Assembly: GCA_965262725.1 (NCBI GenBank)
Contig: OZ253555.1
Coordinates: 1,472,001-1,536,000 of the forward strand
Length of the DNA stretch: 64,000 bases
Direction: 5' to 3'
Source of the DNA: Dehalococcoidia bacterium
GTDB lineage: Bacteria > Chloroflexota > Dehalococcoidia > UBA2979
Part shown: one piece after another, positions 25,470 through 34,800 of the stretch
Layout: each line of letters begins with the position of its first letter
How positions within the stretch are numbered: position 1 is the stretch's first letter
Translations under genes and position numbers: made by a program
Notes under the pieces: model-generated
What the model was told of the DNA's origin: nothing
Databases searched by the model: none
Seen by the model: the letters and a program-made list of their open reading frames with translations, nothing else

Positions 25470-25724
25470 CAGGTCGACCCTGTCCCGGACGCCGGGGGCT
25501 TCAGCCTTGTCGTACACGAGGGCGGCAGCGTCGAAGAACTTGTGGCCTGCGCCCAGGGCCTGCACGTCACGGCGCTCTACGCGCTGGTCGAGGGCGAGTA
25601 CGTCTCCTACATCCTCGGCGCGCCGCAGTTCGTGAACGAGGACTTCGCCGGGCTCTTCGCCGACAGCGTTCCCCCGCTCACGCCGTTCGTCGTCAAGAGC
25701 GAGGGGCCTCCCGCAGCCAACTGA
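25470..25724 (+). pseudogene. C-terminal remnant of a secreted/surface protein
   Basis: GFSLVVHEGGSVEELVACAQGLHVTALYALVEGEYVSYILGAPQFVN... is protein-like but has no start. Confidence 0.5.
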
Positions 25725-26197
25725 TTTCTCCCTACAGGCCCTGCGTCCGCCGGTTCGCGATCGCGACCCGATGCAGGTTCAGCCGGGCCGCGCGGCCCGG
25801 GCGCTCTCGATAATCAGCATCGAGCGAGACACGTGCGCGCTCACCGAGGGCGTCACTGAGCAGGTTGGACCTCTCTTTCCAGTTGAAGGACTGAAGGCGC
25901 GCGCTCAGGCGGGACACTTCTTGCTCCGCCCACGCCTGAGCATGCCGCTCCAGCCAAGCGGGCCGATGCCGCGACTCGCGTGCTGCTGACTCTCCGGGGC
26001 GGTGTACGGGGGTGCCCGAACCGCCTGACGCGTCCCCGGCATGTGAATCGCCAGGATCTATAGACCAGCAAACGGCCAGATCGCCAGGGTCATTGATCCA
26101 CTTCGCCAGGGTCATTGAGCCACCCCTCCGGGGGGTCTGACCACTCGGGCCGCCGGTACGGCCACCATCGCCTGCATCCCCAGCGGAGGGAGCAGCG

Positions 26198-27778
26198 ATG
26201 GCCTACCGGGAGGTACACGGGGTGGAGATCCAGGAGATCATTCGACGCTGGCAGGCGGGGCTCAGCCAGCGCCGCATCGCCAGCGGGATGGGGTTGTCGC
26301 GTCAGACGGTCCGCCGCTACATCGACGCGGCCGAAGCGGCCGGCCTCACACCTGACGGTCCCGAGCCGAGTGAGGAGCAGCTCGCCGCGCTGGCGACGCT
26401 GAGCCTCTCCGGCCCGCGGCAGGTCGAGGCGCCGAGCGAAGAGCTGCTCTCGCCCTGGGCGGAGCAGATCGAGCGCTGGCTTGAGACCGACCGCCTGCAA
26501 CTGACGCGCATCCAGGAGCTCCTCGCCGGACGAGGCTGCGAGGTCTCCTACACCACGCTGCGGCGTTTCATCCGGCGCCGCGGCTGGCGCCACCGGCTGC
26601 CGTCGACCGTGCGCATGGACGACGGGCCGCCGGGCGAGGTGGCGGAGATGGACTTCGGCCGCCTCGGCTTCATCCGGGACCCCGAGAGCGGCCGCCGGCG
26701 CGCGGTGTGGGCGCTGGTCGTCGTCTGGCGCTACTCACGCCACTGCTTTGTGTGGCCCACCACCAGCCAGACGCTGGACGCTGTGATCGAGGGCCTGGAG
26801 GAGGCCTGGGCCTTCTTCGGGGGCGTGCCGCGCTACCTCGTCATCGATAACTTCCCGGCCGCCGTCGCCGGGGCCGACGCGCTGCACCCGCGCTTCACGC
26901 GGGGCTTCCTCGAGTACGCCCGCCACAGAGGCTTCATCACCGACCCCGCGCGCGTGCGTCATCCCCGCGACAAGCCGCGCGTCGAGCGCAGCATCCCCTA
27001 CGTGCGCGAGCGCCTCTTCAAGGGCGGCGACTTCCGGGACGTCGTCGACCTGCGCTCCGCCGCCCGCAGCTGGTGCCTGGAGGTGGCGGGACAGCGCATC
27101 CACGGCACGACCCGCCGCCGGCCGCTCGAGGTCTTCCGGGAGGAGGAGCTCCCTCTCCTCGCTCCCTGGGACGGCGAGCCCTACGAGGTCCCCGACTGGC
27201 GGACCGCCACGGTCCATCCCGACCACCACATCGCCTGCCAGTACGCGCTGTACTCGGTGCCGTCCACGGCCTGCCCGCCCCGCCAGAAGGTCGAGGTGCA
27301 GCTCGGCTCGAAGCTGGTGCGCATCTACCACCGCGGTCAGCTCATCAAGGTCCACCCGCGCCAGCGCCGGGGCGGCCGCGCCACCGACCCGAACGACTAC
27401 CCGGCCGAGCTCACCCCCTACACCAGGCGGGCGCCCGACTGGATACAGCGCCGCGCCGCCGAGCTGGGGGAGGCCGTGGGCGCCTACGCCGAGCGTCTCT
27501 TCGAGGGCTCCCTGCCCTGGGCGAAGCTCCGGCAGGGCCACAAGCTGCTGCGCCTCGCCGAGCGCTACTCCCCGGACCGCCTCGACGCCGCCTGCCGCCG
27601 CGCGCTCGAGGTCGACCTCATCGACGTGCGCCGCCTCGAGCGCATCCTCGTCCGCGCCCTCGACCAGGAGAGCACCCCAGACCAGCCCGAGCTGCCGCCT
27701 CCTCCGGGGCGCTTCGCCCGCTCGGGCTCCGTCTTCGCCCAGTCCCGCACGCAGACCCCGACAGGAGCACCACGATGA
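26198..27778 (+). CDS. istA: IS21 transposase
   Basis: HTH, PGEVAEMDFG, FFGGVP..LVIDN and DKPRVER. Confidence 0.96.
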   Translation: MAYREVHGVEIQEIIRRWQAGLSQRRIASGMGLSRQTVRRYIDAAEAAGLTPDGPEPSEEQLAALATLSLSGPRQVEAPSEELLSPWAEQIERWLETDRLQLTRIQELLAGRGCEVSYTTLRRFIRRRGWRHRLPSTVRMDDGPPGEVAEMDFGRLGFIRDPESGRRRAVWALVVVWRYSRHCFVWPTTSQTLDAVIEGLEEAWAFFGGVPRYLVIDNFPAAVAGADALHPRFTRGFLEYARHRGFITDPARVRHPRDKPRVERSIPYVRERLFKGGDFRDVVDLRSAARSWCLEVAGQRIHGTTRRRPLEVFREEELPLLAPWDGEPYEVPDWRTATVHPDHHIACQYALYSVPSTACPPRQKVEVQLGSKLVRIYHRGQLIKVHPRQRRGGRATDPNDYPAELTPYTRRAPDWIQRRAAELGEAVGAYAERLFEGSLPWAKLRQGHKLLRLAERYSPDRLDAACRRALEVDLIDVRRLERILVRALDQESTPDQPELPPPPGRFARSGSVFAQSRTQTPTGAPR

Positions 27779-28548
27779 CCGCCACCACCTCAGACCTCCG
27801 CCCGCTGCTCAAGCGCCTCAAGCTCGGCCGTATGCTCGACACCCTGCCCGAGCGCATCGCCCTCGCGCGGCGCGACCACCTCGACTACGCGGACTTCCTG
27901 CAGATCCTGCTCGTCGACGAGGTGAGCCGCCGCGACCACGGGCGGTTGGAGCTGCGCCTGCGCCAGGCCGGCTTCGAGCAGCTCTGCCGCCTCGAGGACT
28001 TCGACTGGGCGGCCGCCATCCGGCTCGACCGCCGCCTGCTCGACGCCGCCTTCTCGCTGCACTTCCTCGATCGCCGCGAGCACGTCCTGCTCGTCGGCCC
28101 CGTCGGCGTCGGCAAGAGCTTCTTAGCCCAGGCGCTCGGCTACTCAGCCGTCCGCTCCGGACGCAGCGTCCGCTTCGCCCCGGCCGACCACTACTTCCGC
28201 GAGATGGCGCAGGCCCGCGTCGACCACTCGGCCGAGAAGGTCTTCCGAAGCTTCCTCGCGCCCGACCTGCTCATCCTCGACGACCTCGGGCTCCATCGCC
28301 TCAGCGCGCAGCAGTCCATCGACCTCTACGAGCTGGTCATCGGGCGCCACCGCAGCTCCAGCTTCGTCATCACCTCGAACCGCGCCGTGGAGGAATGGCT
28401 GGGTCTCTTCGACGACCCGATCCTCGGCAACAGCGCCCTCGACCGCCTCGCCAACGCCAGCTACCAGATCGTGATCGAGGGCGATAGCTACCGCCAGCGG
28501 CTCTCGCCGCACCGCGCCCTGCTCGAGGCGCAGACGGGAGGTGATTGA
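27775..28548 (+). CDS. istB: IS21 helper AAA+ ATPase
   Basis: GPVGVGKS, LLILDDLG, ITSNR and SALDRL; ATGA overlap with istA. Confidence 0.96.
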   Translation: MTATTSDLRPLLKRLKLGRMLDTLPERIALARRDHLDYADFLQILLVDEVSRRDHGRLELRLRQAGFEQLCRLEDFDWAAAIRLDRRLLDAAFSLHFLDRREHVLLVGPVGVGKSFLAQALGYSAVRSGRSVRFAPADHYFREMAQARVDHSAEKVFRSFLAPDLLILDDLGLHRLSAQQSIDLYELVIGRHRSSSFVITSNRAVEEWLGLFDDPILGNSALDRLANASYQIVIEGDSYRQRLSPHRALLEAQTGGD

Positions 28549-28740
28549 CGCGCTAGACGCTCACTGATATCAAGCCGCCTACCGGCGTCCCGGGTGGTCT
28601 AATGACCGTGGCGACGCGTGGCTCAATGACCCTGGCGATCGACACGGCACTATGTTGGCACGTATAAATTCACATAGATTCACGTCTAATTCACTGACAG
28701 TAGGCCGACAACCGGTCAGAATCCCATCTCGTTACGGGCA

Positions 28741-29055
28741 GTGCGCTTGCACGGGGTGCTCGCCGGGTTTGCCCAGGGCGCTAGCTACGACGTGCAGGTA
28801 CGCGCAGTCGCGGACGTCGAGGGAGCCTGGTCCGGGAGCCGGACGGGAACGCCCGCCGAGCCCGGCGGCTCGACCGCGACGGCGGCGACCCTGGCGCTCG
28901 ACGCCCCGCTGGGGGGCATGATCGAGCCGGGAACGGACACCGACTACTTCAAGCTCGTGTTGAGCAGTGCGGCCACGATTCTGATCTGGACGTCAGGAGA
29001 CCTCGATACGGTGGGGGTATTGCTGGACAGCGGCGGCGCGGAGCTGGAGTCATGA
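28741..29055 (+). pseudogene. fibronectin-III + PPC domain remnant
   Basis: SYDVQVRAV...GAWS (FN3) followed by DTDYFKLVL...IWTSGDLDTVGVLLDS (PPC). Confidence 0.6.
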
Positions 29056-29107
29056 CTAGCGCATCCCTATCTCACGAAGTCCATCGCAGTGCGAGCGGAT
29101 TGCCCAA

Positions 29108-31813
29108 GTGACGAGTCTGCTGCGGCTTCTCGATCCGAACGAGCCTGACTCGGCGGCGCGAGCTGCCGGGGCTGTCGCCGCCCTGCTCGACCGCCTGCCG
29201 TCACCACGCTCAATCGCCGAACTTCGTCTCGGGCCGGAGGACGTTGAGTGGCTGCGAGTGTGGGCGGGCGGGATGTCCGCTGCAGCGGCGAGGTGGAGCG
29301 GCGACCGGCGGCTCCTGGGCGACCTGGGGGCCGCGCGCCAGCAGGCGTTCGGGCTGGTCTTCCTCGCACTCGCGGCTGAGACGGCGCGGCGGGATGCGGC
29401 CGAGGGGCACGTGTGGGGCCCCGTCCGGCGCCGCGTATCCAGCGCGGCCGCCTCGATGCTCTTCAGTCAGGGGCAACCGAAGCAAGCGCTCAAGGACGCG
29501 CTGGAGTCCGCGTGCAGGCGCTGGCAGTTGCGGCATGTCTTTGGAGAGGAAGGCCTGCAAGCCTGGTACGCCTCGGTCTACCTTCAGTTCGGGTTCACGG
29601 AACGGACCATCGAGTCGCGACTGCCGGCGCGGCTTGCGAATGCCGAAGCGCTGCCCATAGCGGTTCACCACCTGCTCCACGACCGGAGACTGAAGTCCGA
29701 CTCGTTCGCGTCCCTCTGGAACACCCTTATCGGTGTGCGCCGTCGCAACGTATCGGACTTGAGAGCCCGCCAAGTGCTTGCGGGGAGCCCGTGGATTCTG
29801 CCGGAGTGGACTGACGCGCTCCTCGAGGCTGCCGTGGCGCGCATGGAGTTGACGCCGTCGGGCCTGTCCGATGAAGAGGTTGCGCCCTCGCTCTTCACCG
29901 TTCCGCGTCTGGAGTGGGTCGGTCAGCAACCGCGCTTCATCGCCGAACTGGTCAACCTTGCCGACGTCGCCGGCGAGTTGGAGCCGGGTGCCTACCGATT
30001 GCGGGCCGGCACGGTCAGCGTGGAGTTCACGATCGACGACCTCGGCACCCCTCACGGCCTGCGCCCGGTGGGACTTCCACTGTGGCCAGCCCGGCTCACC
30101 GCCACAGTTGAGCAGCACCACGGTGAGGACTCATGGGATCCCGTCGCTGGCGAAGAGATGGTCCTGTGGGAACCCTCCGACGAAGTCGCCGCCTTCCGCG
30201 ACGACGGGTTCCCGCTGGACGCCTGGAGCACCGCGCTGCACCCAAATCAGCCCTACACACTCGTGCTTGCACCGGGACTCGACGTCAAGCCCGTCCAAGA
30301 CCGTTGGGCGCATGCGGATGGATGCCTCGCGGTCCAGTTGCCGGCTGGCTGGGCGGAGGATACGGGCGTGTACCTCGATGGCGAGAGAATCTGGGATCCG
30401 CTCGTCACCGCCGATGGCCAGAAGACGCTTGCTGGGCTGTCTATGCCTCCCGCTGGCACGAGGCTGGGTGAAGCACCGAGGATTCAGTTGTTCGGCCTGT
30501 CGGAGCGGGTCACTGAAGTAAAGGCCGATCGGCGTGCAGTGGCCTTCGAGCAGCACGGGGGGAGCATCGAAGCGTTCCTTTCCCCCGGCGAGCACGCCGC
30601 CCGCCCCTCCGTGCTCGTCCGCACCAAAGACGCAAGCGGAGAGGTTAGGGCGGGGCGGATTCAGCTCACCTGGTTCGGGGCCCAGCACCTTCGCCCGTAC
30701 GGCTGGGCGCCGTTCCCGGTCGGTGTGATCGATGAGCGCGATCTCGGTCAGCGCATCCGCGCGTTCGCGCCGGAGTGGCGTGAGCCGACATTGCTGGTTG
30801 GCAACCGTCCGATCGGGCGGATCGGCAGCCGCGGTCGAGCACGGGGCTCGGTGGGAGCGTGGGGCGCGCCGCTTCTCATCGCCGATGGGCAGTTCAATCG
30901 CGAGCCCGACCGCCAACTGCTGCTGGCCGATGCCATCACGTCTCGCGGCGTCATCCTGGACATGAACGATGACGACTTCGGAGGCGCGGCCCTGGTCACC
31001 CTCCGGCAGCCCGTCAACCTCGGCGAGGTCAGAGTCTTCGGCATCGATCGCGGCGGCGCTGTCGACGACATCCGGCCCACCCCAACGGGTGAGCGGTCGT
31101 GGGTGATCGAGGTGCCTCCAGAGAACGCCCTGGCGATCGTCTACGGGGAGGAATGGATTGGGGGGTGGTGGTGGCGGCCCCCCGTACCGCCCCAGTCGGC
31201 CGAAGGTGCCGTTCACCTGATAAGGCTGCTGCGCGACGCGCGGGCTCCGCTGCTCTCGCGTGACTATGGCGGTTGGGCGCGGGGAGCGCTGCGCGCGCAC
31301 CCCGCCAGCGCGCTCGTCTGGCTCTTCAACCTCAGCGAAGCTGGAACGCTCTCCGCCGCGCCGCCGGAATCAGACGACTTCGCTCCAGTGGTTCGCGACC
31401 TGCTCGACGGATGGGAGCCGGACCACATATGCGTCGCTCACCTTGCCCGAACTCTGCGTGACTCAAGCGAGGAGTTCATCGAAGGGCTCGCCGACACTGC
31501 TCTGCGAGCGCCGGGCCCGACCGCACGCCTGCTCAGTTCAGTCTTCGAGGACTCGGGGCTCCGGCGGCGTGTCCGCGGAGCCCTCCTTGAGGCGCTTGGT
31601 TGGGGAGACGCATCGAGCGCCGGCGTGCTCAATGAGATCGGATGGCAGTTCGATGTGGACAGCGGGTTCCTTGAACGTCTCGGGCGGTTAGCGAACGATG
31701 GGTTGCGCGGGCAACCGATTCCCCGCGTGCAGCGGCAGAATCTGCTCGTGGCGATGAACCTGAGCGGCGACTTTCGGCGGTGGCTCGCCGGACGCCTGAT
31801 CTCGGAGGACTGA
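29108..31813 (+). CDS. large hypothetical protein, DruH-like partner of the downstream helicase
   Basis: 901-aa ORF ending 4 bp before the helicase. The N-terminal pattern LVFLALAAETARR...VW...RWQLR...YLQFG loosely resembles Druantia type III partner proteins. Confidence 0.7.
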   Translation: MTSLLRLLDPNEPDSAARAAGAVAALLDRLPSPRSIAELRLGPEDVEWLRVWAGGMSAAAARWSGDRRLLGDLGAARQQAFGLVFLALAAETARRDAAEGHVWGPVRRRVSSAAASMLFSQGQPKQALKDALESACRRWQLRHVFGEEGLQAWYASVYLQFGFTERTIESRLPARLANAEALPIAVHHLLHDRRLKSDSFASLWNTLIGVRRRNVSDLRARQVLAGSPWILPEWTDALLEAAVARMELTPSGLSDEEVAPSLFTVPRLEWVGQQPRFIAELVNLADVAGELEPGAYRLRAGTVSVEFTIDDLGTPHGLRPVGLPLWPARLTATVEQHHGEDSWDPVAGEEMVLWEPSDEVAAFRDDGFPLDAWSTALHPNQPYTLVLAPGLDVKPVQDRWAHADGCLAVQLPAGWAEDTGVYLDGERIWDPLVTADGQKTLAGLSMPPAGTRLGEAPRIQLFGLSERVTEVKADRRAVAFEQHGGSIEAFLSPGEHAARPSVLVRTKDASGEVRAGRIQLTWFGAQHLRPYGWAPFPVGVIDERDLGQRIRAFAPEWREPTLLVGNRPIGRIGSRGRARGSVGAWGAPLLIADGQFNREPDRQLLLADAITSRGVILDMNDDDFGGAALVTLRQPVNLGEVRVFGIDRGGAVDDIRPTPTGERSWVIEVPPENALAIVYGEEWIGGWWWRPPVPPQSAEGAVHLIRLLRDARAPLLSRDYGGWARGALRAHPASALVWLFNLSEAGTLSAAPPESDDFAPVVRDLLDGWEPDHICVAHLARTLRDSSEEFIEGLADTALRAPGPTARLLSSVFEDSGLRRRVRGALLEALGWGDASSAGVLNEIGWQFDVDSGFLERLGRLANDGLRGQPIPRVQRQNLLVAMNLSGDFRRWLAGRLISED

Positions 31814-31817
31814 CGTA

Positions 31818-34800
31818 GTGCCGGGGAAGCTGGACTCACTCGGGCTCGCGGAGTCGCTGCGGCGACGAATGGCCGACTTCGCGTCGGCGGACCTGTACGT
31901 GACGGACCCCGAGATTCAGCGCGCCGCCGGGGCCGTATGGGAGGACGAGGAGTCGGGGCTGGTTGGCGAACTGTGGGTCGAGGGGATCATGCCGCCAATG
32001 CCCGGTCAGCGCCTACAGAAGATCGCGGAAGCGGGCGGGTTCGACCAAGACTTGCTCGGGCGCCTGACGGAGTCTGGCGCTTGGGGCGACTGGCGGCTTC
32101 ACGAGCACCAGGAGCGCGCCATTCGCGCTGCCTCGAGCGATCTAGGCGGCGCCGTCATGGTTTCTGCGGGCACTGGCGCTGGGAAGACGGAGAGCTTCCT
32201 GTTGCCGCTCGTCGACCGGCTGTGGAGCGCGCCTCGCCGCGGTTCCGGCATGCGCGCGCTCATCCTCTACCCCATGAACGCTCTCGTCCGTGACCAGATG
32301 GATCGCCTTGATGCGTGGCTTGGCGGTCAGTCCCGGCTCACCTATTTCCACTTCACGAGCGAGACACCCGAGACTGAGTCCGAGGCGGACCGGCGTGGGA
32401 TAGCGAAGCAGTTCGCGAGCCGCGTTCGATCGCGGGACGAAGCGCGGCGCGCTCCTCCCGACATCTGCGTGACGAACTACTCGATGCTCGAGTACATGCT
32501 CGCTAGGCCGCAGGACGCACCATTCTTCGGCGAGGGGCTCGAGGTCGTCGTCCTCGATGAGGCGCACCTCTACACGGGGACGCTCGCGAGCGAGATCATG
32601 TTCCTGCTGCGCCGGGTGCTGCTCCGCTGCGGACTGACCGCGACGGACATCCTGCACCTCGCAACGTCGGCGACGCTCGGCGGCGACGACGACGAACTGC
32701 GGGCGTTCCTCTCCCAGCTCACGGCCACGCCGCCCGGGCGCGCCTGCGTCATCCGGGGGCGACCTCAGCCGTCCGCGCCGCTGCCTGCGTCAGGCAGCGA
32801 CCAACGTGCCGGAGCACTCGTGCAGCTCGATGGTAGGCTCCCTTCCAACGCTGGTGGGACCGATGTGTTGTCAATACTGGGGGCGGAGACTGACGACGAC
32901 TCCGACGCGCCGATCGTGCTTGGTCGGCGGTTGGCGGACTGGCCCGCCACGGAGCGCCTGCGGTCCGCCCTGCACGCCGAGCCTGGAGTGCCACACCTTC
33001 TAGTCGAACTCGCCGAGAAGGTGTGGCCTCACGGCGGCAAATCGAATGTCGCTGCCACCGCCGCTCTGCTGCGCTGGACGTCAATAGCTCAATCGGGGCC
33101 GGACGCTCCGCTGCTCGCGCATCGGCTGCATCTGCCGCTGCGCGGCCCTGGCGGGTTGGGCCTCTGCCTCAACGGCGACTGCTCAGGCCCCGAGGAACGG
33201 CAGAAGACCGGATGCGGCGCTGTCCAGGATGCCCGTGGCGACCGATGCCGCTGGTGTTCCTCTGTCGTCCTGCCGATCGCGCGCTGCGAGGGCTGCGGGC
33301 TCGTGGTGCTCACCGCGCGGCAGCAACACGCGAGATTCGTGCCGGAACCCGTTCCTGGTCGCGGTACGAGGCGAACCGCGATGGAAGTGCGCGGCTTACT
33401 GCTCGGGTTCGCCGACCCTGCACCGGGGGCGGTGGAAGTGCTCCCGGACGGTTCGGTGGGAGGCGGAGGCGTGCGCCTGCGCCCCCTGCCGCCGCTCGAT
33501 GCTGACACGCCGTACGAGACGGGCTGCGCACACGAATTATTCGAGCCGCTCGCGCGCGGCGCCGGGTTGCTGCTGAGCGTGATCGCCGAGACATCTCTCG
33601 CCGCTATGCCGCCGGACAGCGACCCCGATCGCGCCCGCACGCGGCCCGCCGGGGGCAGGCGGCTGCTGGTGTTCAGTGACAGCCGCCGGGAGGCTGCCCG
33701 GCTCGGGCCGGCGCTCACCTGGGGCCATGAGGTGCAGCTAGTTCGGGCGGAGATCCTGCGGCTGATGGACGCTGCATCCCCGGACGATGTGTCTGCAACC
33801 CGCGAGTACCTCAAGTCTGACATTGCTCGCCTGCAGAATCTGCTGGAGCGGGATCCCCCATCATCGACGCGCCAACTCATCGAGCGGGACTTGGCTGACC
33901 GGGTGACGGACCTACGGGCGCACATCCTGGGCGGGCCCATGCACGACTGGGAGCGCGCCTTGGCCCGTTCGGACAAGCTCGCTGAGATCCTGTCGTTTGA
34001 CGGGGCGAGCATCCACCGGCGGGCCGAGTGGAGTGACGAGTCGTGGAGCGAGAATCACCGGGCGAACGGCAGGCGCGCCCGCGCGTTGCTGGCGCGTGAG
34101 TTCGTCGCCCCACCCGGTCGGAGCGCCGGCGCGTCGCTCGAGGCGCTGGGGCTGGCGCTCGTGGACTATCCGGAGCTGCGTGAACTGCCGCCGCCAACGC
34201 TCGGCCAGTTGCCGAGTACGATCCGCGAGCGTGCGGTCGAACAGTGGCCCCAGTTCGTCGCAGCCCTGCTCGACTCGCTTCGCGTTGACGGCGGGATTAC
34301 AACGGGCGAACAGGAACTCGACGACTACTACTCCGAGGACCATGCGCCGATCGGAAAGTGGATCAGCTTCGAAGGCCCGGACCGGCGCGACCGCGCCCGG
34401 TTCCGCGGCGCCACCTCGCGGCACAGGCGGAATGCCTTCCTCATCCGATTGCTGCTCGACTTCGGCGCGACGGGCGAGCAGCTGGATGAGTTCGAGCCGT
34501 TGCTGGCGCGCGCCGCCTTCGACTGGTTGCGAACCGCGGAGCCACGCCCCGAGTGGCTGGAGCGCCACCAGACCGAGCCCTGGTTCCGCGTGCGGTTCCC
34601 CGATCTCGCGCTGCGCAGGCCGGACGAGGTCTGGCTGGACGAGAGCCGCCTCATCGTCGGGTTCGTAGTGAATGGCCGCCATCCGCGGGGAACCGGCCGC
34701 TTCGTGCAGCGGAGGCAATCCGAGCTTGACGCCGATCCCCGCTTCCAGCGCCTGCGGTCGGAGCTCCGTGAGGAACCGTCGCTCCGTGTCGGCCTGTGGG

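Larger units (their letters stand above)
26042..28644 (+). mobile_element. complete IS21-family element
   Basis: TG...CA termini with multiple internal repeats; 5-bp TSD CGGCA at 26037-26041 and 28645-28649; carries istA and istB. Confidence 0.96.

Noticed and set aside
26042-26125. Short direct repeats (GCCAGGGTCATTGA), also at 3390-3472 and 28595-28644
   Set aside because: These are IS21 terminal transposase-binding repeats, not a CRISPR array; no cas genes are present.
28650-28740. AT-rich patch right of IS21 as a promoter or element end
   Set aside because: No convincing -35/-10 pair or matching partner end was identified.
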